In this document: in pieces, positions 49,454 through 59,867 of the stretch
Position numbering within the stretch: position 1 is the first letter of the stretch
How the letters are laid out: every line of letters starts with the position of its first letter
NCBI GenBank assembly: GCA_001829315.1
Contig: MIAY01000010.1
Location: 20,871-84,870, forward strand
DNA from: Spirochaetes bacterium GWE1_32_154
Lineage (GTDB): Bacteria; Spirochaetota; GWE2-31-10
Reading direction: 5' to 3'
Length of the DNA: 64,000 nt
Position numbers and translations under genes: made by a program
Notes under the pieces: generated by a model
Database searches by the model: none
The model's input: the letters and a program-made list of their open reading frames with translations, nothing else
Told to the model about the DNA's origin: nothing

Positions 49454-52400
49454 CTATTTTCTAAAAAGTGGATCTACACCAATAGTACCATAAAGCCCTT
49501 GTAAATAATCGTCTGATTTAATTTTAGTTAATTCAGTTTCAACATTTTTTAATTTTTCATCAATTTTCTTATCTTTAATAATCGGAGCATTAATGGGGTT
49601 TGCAATAAATTGTTGAATATACAATATATGTTTCTCAAATAAAGCGATTTCATTTTCTTGCTTTTGAATTAAACGTTTTTTATACCAATCACTACTAATT
49701 ACAGACTCTCTTGTAAATAAATTTCTAATCTCTTTATCTTCAATCACTTTCCCATTGTAATGACCGTATGCCATAATATGAAGTAATGCTTTTAACGGTG
49801 GTATCGCAGATTCAACACTACCGTCAGAGAAATACTCTAACGCAATCTTTTTTTGAGCTTCTACAATATTGTTTATTCCATCAGCAAAAGACTCCATATC
49901 CTGAAGCTCGGGTTTTAATATTTTTTCTGAGAAAACTGCTTGAGGTTCATCAAAAACTCTTCCCATATAGCGGTACAAAAATTGTTCAGTGATTCTATAT
50001 CCAAGTCGTGAGCCTAAAATCTTTTGACCATTATAGTCAAAATCATTTACCTTTTCTAAACAACCTTCTTTAATAAGCTGGTATGGATCTCTTTCATTCG
50101 ATGTCAATTTACACCATATTTCAGGAACTAACATACTAACATCATGATCAACCTGAAAATCAGGACCAATATGGCCGGCTGCAGATGAATATCCGTGATA
50201 TCCTGTTAGAATGAATGATAGAAGAGCATTATTAAGATCTGTTGTTGCAACAAGCATGTTAAAAGGACCTTTTGTTAATGCACCTTCTGAACCGGCACCG
50301 GTAGTTGAAGGAGATTTACCTGTTAAACTTGCAACGAAATCCATAAATAACTCGGGTAATTCCTGGTAATGAATCGGATTAAAAACACATAGAGGTCTAA
50401 ATCCGTTCTTTTTATCAGGCGGGTTGTTTCTTCTACCTGATAATACTGAGTTAACAGGATAAACAACCGGTTTTCCTAAAGGAATTTTTCTATATAATCG
50501 AGTACTGATATCAGCTAGCAAAGTATTAATTGGTTCAACAAAATCAGGTCTAACCTGTAAATATCGAACATTTTTGGTTGGTTCTCCATTAACAAGTCTT
50601 GGATTAGATGGCACAATAAAGAACTCATCATTTTTACCGTTTTTGTTGATATCCTTTATCATTTCTTTAACCGGAACAGTAAATTGATCAAAACTAACTG
50701 CATCTTCAATAAGATCCTTTGCAAAAGCTGTCTTGTATGGTTCAAAGTTTGAAACGAAAATATTTGTAGAAGATAGATCTGCTTCTGCTTGTTTATCAAA
50801 ACCTCGAACAACACAATCATCAGGCCGTTGAAACAATCGATGTTCACAGTTTTTTAGAATTTTTACACTTTCGTTTTTCATATCTTTATGAATATATTCA
50901 AGCTGGTTTGCCGGAACAGTAATTGAAACTGAAATATCATCTTCAAGTTGAACCTTAGCAGCGCTCTTAAAATCCATTCTTAATTTATAAATGCACCAGG
51001 CACCTTTTTGATCAAACCCGATTCGTAAATAACTCGGTCTAACAGCTCTACCATCAAAATTAAGTTCATGCCCCGGTTTCCCGTTAACAATATCAACAGT
51101 AAAATGTGATCTCCAGTCATTACCCCATTCTGCAACATAAAATCGTTTAACAAGGAAAACAAGTGATTTGATATAGTTTGGAATAGATTCAAGCCATTTA
51201 TTAAAATCGTTTGTATAATGTGAAGACGGTGTTAATAATTTAATAACAGAACCGAGCGATCTTTTTGGACTTAATATTGTTCTTGATGGCTCTGTTCTAA
51301 CCGGTTGAGTAATCCATCGATCACTATAGTCTTTATTAATCATCGCTTCAACGGTATCAAGATCCTTTTGTAAATTATTAATATACAATCTTCCATAAAT
51401 AATTGAATTATCAAGAGATTTTGAAATTTCTGATTTCCCGCCACCGGAAACAGTACATGGTTTATGGCAAAAAGTACCATCCGGGTTCGTTCCAATAAGT
51501 TTCCAGGCAGGTGCATTGGGATGTTTTTCCATATGAACCCGGTACCCGTTTGGAAGAATATAATGCTTGCCCGGTAATAACCTCAGGGACTGTGACTTTC
51601 CATTTGCAGACCAGGTAACAATTGTATTGTTTAAATCAAATCGAGCGTCTTCCGGAATATACATGATATTTGAATTAGTCTTATCTATACCGTAATTCAT
51701 AGATTCATTAATATCCATAATAAAGCCATAATTTTTTTTAACAAAATCGAATTTTGCATCTTTTAAGTCTTCATTGAAAATATATTGTTTTCCCTCGTAT
51801 ATTTCACCAAGATTATATCGCGGGAATGCAAGAGTACCACCTGCATGTTCTTCTTCAACAAGACCGTAAATATTAGCAGAATAACTTAATTGTGTTTTTA
51901 TTTCTTTTTTCCAATATCCAAAATAATTGTCAGCGATAATTGTGATAACTATACCCCGTTCATCTCTGCAACTGATTTTAAAAGGTTGACCATCATTATA
52001 TAGTTCATTAGCATCTTTCCAGCACATACCGTCTTTTTTTTGTCTTTCAGTAGCCTTATCAAAAGGGGGTAACCCGATGTTTTTCTTTGTTAAACTAACA
52101 AGATGAGGAGCAAGGATCATACATCCGGTTGTACCTGACCATCTTTCATAATCGAGTGCCGAATCATTCTCAACAAGGAAAGGATCCCCCTCATTACCAA
52201 ATATTGACTCTCCGAAATCTATAGAGCTTATACAACTACCCGGAACAAAACCTCGTATTTCCATTCTTTTTTCCGGTATAAAACCTTCAACTTCAGGACA
52301 TAGAACAGGTTTATATAGAACAGAACATAAAGTTTTTGCTTTTTCACTCTGAGTACTTGTGAACGGAAGTTCAAGCATCCCTTCAGGAGGATTCATAGCA

Positions 52401-52969
52401 TTGTAAAATAAATGCGCAAACGTTTCTTTGGGAACTTCTTTCTTATCAAATGGAACCGGTAACCCGCCTGCACATATGTGAAAAACACCTTTAGTTGTTC
52501 TTCTGTCATTCTTCGGGTTATGCAAAATCCCCTGTTTTATTCTGTAACTTGAAATCCATTCATTATAAAATTCATTTCTATCCGGTGGAAGGCTTAATTC
52601 TCTGGCTAAACCATACTGATCAAGAACTAAGGTGTTTTGTGCCAATTGTAATTTTTTCCCAATATCAGTATCTTTAAAATAATCATCAATGAAATCCTGA
52701 ATTCTTTTATCTGCCGGGCATAAACTGCCGGAAAGAAGTCTTGTTTTTTCTTTGTAATCTTCAATTATATCTTCAAAAAGATCAATAAAATAACCGTTAT
52801 CACCATTTGTTGAATTGCTTTTGCTACCAGGAGAGCTATCATTAGATGATATAAAGCCCGGTTGACCAAGCATCGCAAGTTTGAAGTTGATATATTTTAT
52901 TACATCTTCCCGTTTTCGTAATGGCGTTAAATCTCCAAAATCCATGCCTATTTTCTTTTTTAAACTCAT
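49454..52969 (-). CDS. Pyrophosphate-dependent PEP carboxykinase (PPi-PEPCK)
   Basis: ~1170 aa; GILHNPKNDRRTTKGVFH, ADNYFGY.KKE, EEHAGG, CHKPCTVSGGGKSEISKS, RLFQRPDD, TGKSPSTTGAGSEGALTK; GGAGG RBS before MSLKK. Confidence 0.9.
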   Translation of the reverse strand: MSLKKKIGMDFGDLTPLRKREDVIKYINFKLAMLGQPGFISSNDSSPGSKSNSTNGDNGYFIDLFEDIIEDYKEKTRLLSGSLCPADKRIQDFIDDYFKDTDIGKKLQLAQNTLVLDQYGLARELSLPPDRNEFYNEWISSYRIKQGILHNPKNDRRTTKGVFHICAGGLPVPFDKKEVPKETFAHLFYNAMNPPEGMLELPFTSTQSEKAKTLCSVLYKPVLCPEVEGFIPEKRMEIRGFVPGSCISSIDFGESIFGNEGDPFLVENDSALDYERWSGTTGCMILAPHLVSLTKKNIGLPPFDKATERQKKDGMCWKDANELYNDGQPFKISCRDERGIVITIIADNYFGYWKKEIKTQLSYSANIYGLVEEEHAGGTLAFPRYNLGEIYEGKQYIFNEDLKDAKFDFVKKNYGFIMDINESMNYGIDKTNSNIMYIPEDARFDLNNTIVTWSANGKSQSLRLLPGKHYILPNGYRVHMEKHPNAPAWKLIGTNPDGTFCHKPCTVSGGGKSEISKSLDNSIIYGRLYINNLQKDLDTVEAMINKDYSDRWITQPVRTEPSRTILSPKRSLGSVIKLLTPSSHYTNDFNKWLESIPNYIKSLVFLVKRFYVAEWGNDWRSHFTVDIVNGKPGHELNFDGRAVRPSYLRIGFDQKGAWCIYKLRMDFKSAAKVQLEDDISVSITVPANQLEYIHKDMKNESVKILKNCEHRLFQRPDDCVVRGFDKQAEADLSSTNIFVSNFEPYKTAFAKDLIEDAVSFDQFTVPVKEMIKDINKNGKNDEFFIVPSNPRLVNGEPTKNVRYLQVRPDFVEPINTLLADISTRLYRKIPLGKPVVYPVNSVLSGRRNNPPDKKNGFRPLCVFNPIHYQELPELFMDFVASLTGKSPSTTGAGSEGALTKGPFNMLVATTDLNNALLSFILTGYHGYSSAAGHIGPDFQVDHDVSMLVPEIWCKLTSNERDPYQLIKEGCLEKVNDFDYNGQKILGSRLGYRITEQFLYRYMGRVFDEPQAVFSEKILKPELQDMESFADGINNIVEAQKKIALEYFSDGSVESAIPPLKALLHIMAYGHYNGKVIEDKEIRNLFTRESVISSDWYKKRLIQKQENEIALFEKHILYIQQFIANPINAPIIKDKKIDEKLKNVETELTKIKSDDYLQGLYGTIGVDPLFRK

Positions 52970-53196
52970 GATTGCCTCCATTTTTTTATTGTGCATAATG
53001 TGGTATTCGAAGTTGCTTCAAAATATTCTAAATAAAATATTTAATTAAAGATATATATGATTATTACTAATTTTAAAAGTATTATTTGAAAATATTAAGA
53101 TTTAGATTTATAATATTAAAAATAAAACTGAAATAGTTCTTTTAAATCATGTATTGTAATTCTTTTTATTAAAAAAAAATAAGTTAGTGAGTTTTT

Positions 53197-54660
53197 ATGC
53201 CAAAAATATTAATTATGTATCCAAACAAAATGTTTCTTGAATTTTCAAAAAATTACCTGAGTAGATTTGCGTACGAAGTAGTAACGGGAATTGATGGCGC
53301 ATCATTATATAATACTGCGGCTAAAACAAATCCTGATTTAATATTGATAGGTAGAAATTTACCAGGGTTAGAATTAGCAAGTTTTTTATTTAAAAAAAAA
53401 GTTTCAAACACATTAAAAAACATACCGGTTTATCTTGTCGGAAATTTCTCTACAAAAGAAATACTTCAATTAAAAGAGTATAATATAGACGCTTATATTT
53501 CATCACCGATAAACCCTTCGGCTTTGGTAGAAAGAATAAACACAACCTTTAAAATTTCAAATTATTCAACAAGCAAATCAACCCCGATGCTTACTGATAT
53601 ACATGTAAAAGGTAAAATCTTTGTTTTGCAAATTGAAGCAAATCTTGAACCGGATAAAATCGATATTCTTAATTTCAAAATACGCTCATATTGTGCCGAA
53701 AAGAAAATCAAAGATCCCCGGTTTCTTTTTATCATACCATCAATGTATCCTGAAACGATCAATTGTGAAAACCTCGAAATACTTTTTCATTCAAGACAAT
53801 ACCCGGAGTTATCAGTAACTAACAGACAAATAAAAATTTTATCAAAAAACGCACACTTTCTTGAAACATTAAAAAAACATGAACAATTCAGCAGTTTTGA
53901 AATTATTCCTGATTATATATATGGTTTAGAGCGGTTGAATGTGGATTTTGATAATATGCAAACGATTCCGGTTAATTATCTGACAGCAGGAGCTAAATAT
54001 ATATTAGATTTATATGATAACGATGGGGGGCTGCGTGTCCCGGCTCGCACAATAATTACTGATAAAATGATTGAATATTTTAAATCTGTTGAATTACGAC
54101 ATTTAATTTATTATTCAAATAAAGATATTACCGAGCTTATGCAAAATACAGACGAAGATTTTGCCGTTAAAGATGAAATAACCATTGCAGATTCATTACT
54201 TAATCAGACTGATGAAATGGAAAATCATACTGTAGTTAATGAAAATATGGATGAAAAAATGAAGTTATTTTTCAACAAAATACGAGATTATAATTGTATG
54301 GTTATTACGGAAGTAAAAGAAGATGGTGATTTTATTCGTAATTCATTAGATGATTCATTAAAAGTATCAGTTGAAAGAAGCGGAGCTGATGTATTAATGC
54401 TTTTGGATCAGAAAAAATATATTTTAGTTATTGTCGATATTAATGTGAATAATCCTTCCGCGTATGAGATACTATCTTCTATCAGATCAAAAGCGAGCAG
54501 GCGAAAAATATCAGTAATTATTAATACAAAGTCAATAGATATGATTACTGTCAATAAATTTAAGAAATTAGGAACTGATTGTATACTGGTGTATCCATAT
54601 TCGAAACAAAAATTATTACATAAAGTATTTGAATTTGTTACCCAGGATAGAGAAAATTGA
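53197..54660 (+). CDS. Protein with two receiver-like domains (N-terminal one atypical)
   Basis: PDLILIG..LPG...LKNIPV REC fold; C-terminal ILVIVD...GTDCILVYPY REC fold. Confidence 0.7.
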   Translation: MPKILIMYPNKMFLEFSKNYLSRFAYEVVTGIDGASLYNTAAKTNPDLILIGRNLPGLELASFLFKKKVSNTLKNIPVYLVGNFSTKEILQLKEYNIDAYISSPINPSALVERINTTFKISNYSTSKSTPMLTDIHVKGKIFVLQIEANLEPDKIDILNFKIRSYCAEKKIKDPRFLFIIPSMYPETINCENLEILFHSRQYPELSVTNRQIKILSKNAHFLETLKKHEQFSSFEIIPDYIYGLERLNVDFDNMQTIPVNYLTAGAKYILDLYDNDGGLRVPARTIITDKMIEYFKSVELRHLIYYSNKDITELMQNTDEDFAVKDEITIADSLLNQTDEMENHTVVNENMDEKMKLFFNKIRDYNCMVITEVKEDGDFIRNSLDDSLKVSVERSGADVLMLLDQKKYILVIVDINVNNPSAYEILSSIRSKASRRKISVIINTKSIDMITVNKFKKLGTDCILVYPYSKQKLLHKVFEFVTQDREN

Positions 54661-55979
54661 GTATGTACGAAGAAATATTTCAAGTTCTCAACTTTGGGGT
54701 TATAATTATTTCACAAATTGATTTTTCTATTATTGAAATAAATAATTATGCAAAAGAAATATTATTAATCGAAAATGAAAAGAAAATAACTGGTGATGAA
54801 CTTTTCAAATTATTTTCCGGTGATGGAACTGATGCTGATTTTTTCAGCATTACAAGAACTGGAGGAATAGAAAATTTTTTTAAGAAAACAGATGGCTCAA
54901 CTTTCTATGGGGAATTGACATTCACCGATTTACCTGATCGTGATTGTTATATGATAACAATTCGAAATGCAGAAATGGATAGAATAATTATAGATAAATT
55001 AAAACAACTTGAAACAACTATTTATAATTTATCCGGTGTAGGTGAAATTATTTTTGAATCTGCAAAAATGAAAGAAGTGTATAATCTATGTATGTTGTAT
55101 CATAAAGAGAAAAAAACAAATGTATTAATTGAAGGTGAAACAGGAACCGGTAAAGAAATAATTGCCAGCTTAATCCATTTTGGAAATGGCGACGGAGGTG
55201 TTTCTCCATTTATTCCATTAAACTGTGCGGCAATACCGGAAAATTTATTCGAAAGTGAATTATTCGGTTTTGTAAAAGGTGCGTTTACCGGAGCTGACAC
55301 AGACAGACCGGGTAAAATCGAGTTATCAGGTTCCGGTTCACTTTTTCTTGATGAAATTGGTGAATTACCGCTTTATATGCAACCTAAATTATTACGGGTT
55401 TTGCAGGAACGGGAGTATTACAGGGTCGGTGGTAACATTCAATTAAAAACTGATGCACGATTTATTGCTGCAACAAACCGCGATTTAGAACAAAGTATAC
55501 GTGATGGGGGCTTTAGAGCTGATTTATACTACAGACTAAACACCGGTTATATAAAAGTTCCTCCATTACGGGAAAGGCCCGAGGATATTCAGAGGCTTAC
55601 CCGTTTATTTATTAATAAAACAATCATTGAAAGAAATCGAAAACCGATTAGAATATCCAATAATGCAATGGATTTATTGTCATCGTATAATTGGCCGGGT
55701 AATGTGCGGGAATTAAAGCATGTTATTGAGAAAATTGTCTTAATGTCAGATAAAGATATAATTGAACCTGAAGATATTGATTTTTATGATAATAAAAAAA
55801 TGTATCTGACCCCCTCAGATGTTCTATCCGGTAGCGCACAGTTACCTGCTGAAGGTCTTGATCTGGAATTGATGAATCGACTTATAGTGAAAGAGGTTCT
55901 TAATAAATTTAATGGAAATAAAGGTAAAACTGCAGAATATCTTGGTTTGTCACGCAGCGCGTTAAGAAGCAGATTATAG
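54657..55979 (+). CDS. PAS-AAA+-Fis sigma54 enhancer-binding protein
   Basis: [36 protein letters not shown], Fis HTH. Confidence 0.93.
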   Translation: MSMYEEIFQVLNFGVIIISQIDFSIIEINNYAKEILLIENEKKITGDELFKLFSGDGTDADFFSITRTGGIENFFKKTDGSTFYGELTFTDLPDRDCYMITIRNAEMDRIIIDKLKQLETTIYNLSGVGEIIFESAKMKEVYNLCMLYHKEKKTNVLIEGETGTGKEIIASLIHFGNGDGGVSPFIPLNCAAIPENLFESELFGFVKGAFTGADTDRPGKIELSGSGSLFLDEIGELPLYMQPKLLRVLQEREYYRVGGNIQLKTDARFIAATNRDLEQSIRDGGFRADLYYRLNTGYIKVPPLRERPEDIQRLTRLFINKTIIERNRKPIRISNNAMDLLSSYNWPGNVRELKHVIEKIVLMSDKDIIEPEDIDFYDNKKMYLTPSDVLSGSAQLPAEGLDLELMNRLIVKEVLNKFNGNKGKTAEYLGLSRSALRSRL

Positions 55980-56102
55980 AGTGTTTTGGAAGTTCCCCAA
56001 AGAAACAATTTAGTATTTATTTTTATGTTTATTACATTTTTGTATTTTTTGAAAAAAATATCCTTTCATAGTCATTATATTATCATATAAAAGATTTTTT
56101 TA

Positions 56103-56119
56103 TTGGCATAAATTTTGCT
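56103..56119 (+). promoter_or_regulatory. Sigma54 -24/-12 promoter of nifA
   Basis: TTGGCATAAATTTTGCT: GG(56105-6)-N10-GC(56117-8), about 25 nt before the ATG. Confidence 0.85.
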
Positions 56120-56143
56120 AATTAATTTTTATGAGGTAGTAGA

Positions 56144-57712
56144 ATGTTAACTAATAATTGTCAAAATAATGGTGAATGTTATTCAATTCTATATACAATT
56201 TCAAAAATCATAATGGATTATCCTGAAGTAGATGAAATGCTTGATATGGTACTTTATACACTCATGAGACAGAGTGATATTTTACGGGTGATGATTACTA
56301 TTATTAATACGGAAAGTAATGAAATATTTATTGAAAAAGCAAATGGATTCTCTGATGGGCAGGTTGCAGGAATTCGCTATACACCTGGTGAAGGTATAAT
56401 CGGGAATGTTATCGCTTCCGGGAAATCAGTTGTCATTGAAGATGTATCAAAAAATATTGATTTCTTAAATCGTACAAATTCAACGTTTTCAGAAGGTCAG
56501 TTGTCATTTTTATGTGTGCCAATAAATTATCACGGTCAGGTCGTTGGTGCATTAAGTGTTTTTTATAAATTCAAAAAAGAGGATTATTTACAAGGTGAGT
56601 TTAAATCTTTATCAGTAATCGCATTTATGATATCTGAAGTGATTCAGATAATAAAACTTGAAAGAGAAAAGGAACATGAGCTTGTTCATCAGCTTCGAGA
56701 GGAAAACAGCAGATTAAAAAATCAGATAGAAGATAAAAAGAGATTTCATCCCGAAAATATTATTGGCACTTCAAAAGCTATGAATGAAGCCTTTTCGCTC
56801 ATTGAAAAAGTTGCCCGGACAAATACAACCGTTTTAATTCAAGGGGAATCGGGAGTCGGTAAGGAGTTAGTCGCACAGGCAATACATCACAGCAGTTTAC
56901 GATCGCATAAACCTTTTATAAAAGTAAATTGTGCCGCATTACCGCCTGATTTAATAGAAAGTGAATTATTCGGGCATGTGAAAGGTGCGTTTACCGGTGC
57001 GATTGCACATCGAACCGGTCGATTTGAAGCGGCGGATGAGGGTACTATATTTCTTGATGAGATAACAGAAATACCTCTTAATATTCAGGTTAAATTACTC
57101 CGCGTCCTTCAGGAACGTGAAATTGAAAGAGTAGGGGATGGATTAACCAAAAAAATCAATGTACGAATAATTGCAGCAACAAATCGTGATATTCCCGAGC
57201 AGATTCGTAAGAATGAATTTCGTGAAGACTTATACTATAGATTAAATGTATTTCCATTAGTAATTCCACCGTTAAGAAACAGGAAGTCAGATATTTTATC
57301 TCTTGCAGACTTTTTTGTGGAAAAATATTCAAAAATGAATAATAAAGTTGTTCGCAGAATCTCAACTCCTGCAATCGATATGTTAACTTCATATCATTGG
57401 CCGGGAAATGTAAGAGAGCTTGAAAACTGCATTGAGAGGGCTGTTGTATTAAATGGTGACGGGGTAATTCATTCATATCATCTGCCTCCAACATTGCAAA
57501 CCGGCGATGCATCTAATACCTCATATAAGGGAACACTGCAACAACGGGTTGAGCAAGTTGAAAAAGAAATGATTATCGATGCATTAAAAGATTCAAAAGG
57601 TAATATGAGTGAAGCAGCAAAACAGTTGGAAATAACAGAGCGAATGATAGGTTTACGAATGGATCGATACAAAATAAATTACAAAATCTTTAGAGGACAA
57701 AAAAATGATTAA
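56144..57712 (+). CDS. nifA: GAF-AAA+-HTH nitrogenase transcriptional activator (NifA/AnfA-like)
   Basis: GAF ([20 protein letters not shown]), [27 protein letters not shown]; adjacent to nif genes. Confidence 0.88.
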   Translation: MLTNNCQNNGECYSILYTISKIIMDYPEVDEMLDMVLYTLMRQSDILRVMITIINTESNEIFIEKANGFSDGQVAGIRYTPGEGIIGNVIASGKSVVIEDVSKNIDFLNRTNSTFSEGQLSFLCVPINYHGQVVGALSVFYKFKKEDYLQGEFKSLSVIAFMISEVIQIIKLEREKEHELVHQLREENSRLKNQIEDKKRFHPENIIGTSKAMNEAFSLIEKVARTNTTVLIQGESGVGKELVAQAIHHSSLRSHKPFIKVNCAALPPDLIESELFGHVKGAFTGAIAHRTGRFEAADEGTIFLDEITEIPLNIQVKLLRVLQEREIERVGDGLTKKINVRIIAATNRDIPEQIRKNEFREDLYYRLNVFPLVIPPLRNRKSDILSLADFFVEKYSKMNNKVVRRISTPAIDMLTSYHWPGNVRELENCIERAVVLNGDGVIHSYHLPPTLQTGDASNTSYKGTLQQRVEQVEKEMIIDALKDSKGNMSEAAKQLEITERMIGLRMDRYKINYKIFRGQKND

Positions 57713-58103
57713 TATACAAAAATCAACACAGAAGGAAACCGGTAAAACTAATCAATTTATCGAAAACGGGATATCGTATAAAAAATCAGCAATTAATGGG
57801 TATTCTTCAGGTAAATTTAATAAAGAATTAACATACAGTACTATTTTAATGTCAATTGAGAATTATCTTGTAGGATTTCTTGAAAATACAGGTATAGTTC
57901 CTTTAAGCCATACATTTACCGAGTTGACCGGTGAATTACTCACTACCGGAATAATAACGGGTGAATTTGCTTCTGAAATAAAAAAGATAGATGAACATTT
58001 CAACTTATGTTCATTAGATCCTTTTCAAATGCCTGTAATAAACGATGATTTAATTCATTGGTTATTTACAATAGCAGATAATCTCGGGAAATTACATAAG
58101 TAG
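57705..58103 (+). CDS. Hypothetical helical protein, possibly HEPN-like, translationally coupled to nifA
   Basis: MSIENYLVGFL...PLSHTFTEL pattern reminiscent of HEPN E...H spacing; 8-nt overlap with nifA. Confidence 0.55.
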   Translation: MINIQKSTQKETGKTNQFIENGISYKKSAINGYSSGKFNKELTYSTILMSIENYLVGFLENTGIVPLSHTFTELTGELLTTGIITGEFASEIKKIDEHFNLCSLDPFQMPVINDDLIHWLFTIADNLGKLHK

Positions 58104-58328
58104 CATATTCCACCAGATTTTAATTGTTTCAAGTTGCTCACCAATTTCCTGATATTGACATCTGGTGAGCATTTGATTGAGGGTATTCTCCAATTCTATT
58201 TCAGTAAATGAATACCCTGATTCTTTCAGGAAATCAAATAAATCATTTTTTTTATCGTATTCATACAGTGATATTCGAAATGACGAATCTGTTTGAATTT
58301 TTGTTATAAAATCTTTTGCATTGTTCAT
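58092..58328 (-). CDS. Nif11-like domain protein
   Basis: AKDFITKIQTDSSFR..L.........FLKESGYSFTEIEL matches the Nif11 pattern; AGGAG RBS. Confidence 0.75.
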   Translation of the reverse strand: MNNAKDFITKIQTDSSFRISLYEYDKKNDLFDFLKESGYSFTEIELENTLNQMLTRCQYQEIGEQLETIKIWWNMLLM

Positions 58329-58340
58329 TTGTTTCTCCTT

Positions 58341-58742
58341 TTATTTGCAACTTTGACTACTGCATTTGTTGCAATTACTTGTACAAGACGGATTTTCATA
58401 GATTTCACTTGTTGTGTATTCAGTTAGAATCATGTGTTCAAGCATATAAATGTTTTCTTTTAATGAATTTGAATGGGTTCGCAGGACAGATATTTTATGT
58501 TCATGAAGGATTTTTAATGCCATCGGTTTTATTGTTGGTGTAACAATCGCATTAAGACCTTCATTTAAAAGACTTTTTATTATACTGTCTGAATTATATT
58601 TGTCTATTAAAGTATCTTTTGGATATATAGTATAATTTCCTGTTATCGTATCAAAAAACATAAGAAATAGGGCAGATAATAGATCATTTGATAATCTGCT
58701 ATCTAATTCATTGTTATCGATTAATGGTAAACAAACTTTCAT
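58341..58742 (-). CDS. NifB/NifX-family cofactor-binding-like protein with Cys-rich tail
   Basis: MKVCLP...SRLS.D...A.F; LLNEGLNAIVT..I.PMALKIL..HKISV; tail CTSNCNKCSSQSC. Confidence 0.65.
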   Translation of the reverse strand: MKVCLPLIDNNELDSRLSNDLLSALFLMFFDTITGNYTIYPKDTLIDKYNSDSIIKSLLNEGLNAIVTPTIKPMALKILHEHKISVLRTHSNSLKENIYMLEHMILTEYTTSEIYENPSCTSNCNKCSSQSCK

Positions 58743-58765
58743 AGTGTCCTCCGGTGTAATTATTT

Positions 58766-59836
58766 TTAGCCCTGAAAATCATTATCAGTCGTCATCAATT
58801 GCTTAAGTAATGCAAGTTGTTCCTCTGAAAAAGGGATACCTTTTTGTTTGGATATTTTTTCTATAGTCATTTTCCCTGAATGTTTACCAAGTGTAAATTG
58901 CCTTTGACTGCCAAACAGGGCCGGTGTAAAAGGCTCATATGTGTCTGTTGACTTTAATAAACCATCAATATGAATACCGGATTCATGAGTGAATGAATTA
59001 CTTCCAACTACCGGTTTCCATGGTTGATTTTTAATTTTAGTTATTGACGATAGTAAATTTGAAAGTGATTTTAGTTTTCTCATAGTCACTGTTGTTGTTA
59101 TATCTTCAATAATATAGAGTCCTGCTATAATTTCTTCAAGTGCAGTATTTCCTGATCTTTCACCCATACCATTAATTGTTGTGTTAACATACGTTGCCCC
59201 GGCTTTTACCGCTGCAAACGCATTTGCTGTAGCCATACCGAGATCATTATGGGCATGAATTTCAATTGGTAGAGAAAATAATTCAGTTATTTGTTGTATC
59301 TTTTCATACAATGAAAACGGATCTAAAAGCCCGACTGTATCGCAATATCGAAATTTGTACACACCAAGTTTTGATATGTAGTCTATAAAATCAAACAGAT
59401 ATGACGTTTCTGCACGACCTGAATCTTCCCCGCCAACGGACACTGCCATATCACAATCCTTAGCATACTGTACAGCATCACGTATCATCGAAAGAATTTT
59501 CCCGTGATTACCATTAAACTTTGCCTTTATGTGTATATCAGAAACCGGTATTGAAATATGAACGGTTTTAATTCCTGCTTTTTTAGACATAGCAATATCA
59601 TGGATTAAAGCCCGATTCCATGACGTTATTTGAGCATTAAAACCTGCCTTGGCTATTTTCTGAACAGCGAGAAACTCATCGCCCCCCATTGATGGAATAC
59701 CTGCTTCAATTTCGTTTACTCCTATAGCATCAAGATGATAGGCAATTTTGAATTTGTCATCTATAGAAAATGCAACCCCGGCAGCCTGTTCTCCATCGCG
59801 CAATGTTGTATCATTAATCAATATTGTTTTTTGCAT
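58766..59836 (-). CDS. nifV: Homocitrate synthase
   Basis: INDTTLRDGEQAAG, IEAGIP, VGGEDSGR, CDTVG, HAHNDLGMATAN, HESGIH, LGKHSG; in the nif cluster. Confidence 0.93.
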   Translation of the reverse strand: MQKTILINDTTLRDGEQAAGVAFSIDDKFKIAYHLDAIGVNEIEAGIPSMGGDEFLAVQKIAKAGFNAQITSWNRALIHDIAMSKKAGIKTVHISIPVSDIHIKAKFNGNHGKILSMIRDAVQYAKDCDMAVSVGGEDSGRAETSYLFDFIDYISKLGVYKFRYCDTVGLLDPFSLYEKIQQITELFSLPIEIHAHNDLGMATANAFAAVKAGATYVNTTINGMGERSGNTALEEIIAGLYIIEDITTTVTMRKLKSLSNLLSSITKIKNQPWKPVVGSNSFTHESGIHIDGLLKSTDTYEPFTPALFGSQRQFTLGKHSGKMTIEKISKQKGIPFSEEQLALLKQLMTTDNDFQG

Positions 59837-59867
59837 ACCGGTCTCCTTTATGATAGATTGGTTACTA

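Noticed and set aside
55982-56100. Canonical NifA UAS (TGT-N10-ACA) upstream of nifA
   Set aside because: The TGT/ACA pairs I found have the wrong spacing, so autoregulation cannot be supported from sequence
58092-58328. Nif11-type RiPP precursor
   Set aside because: No double-glycine site, no distinct core peptide and no maturase or transporter nearby
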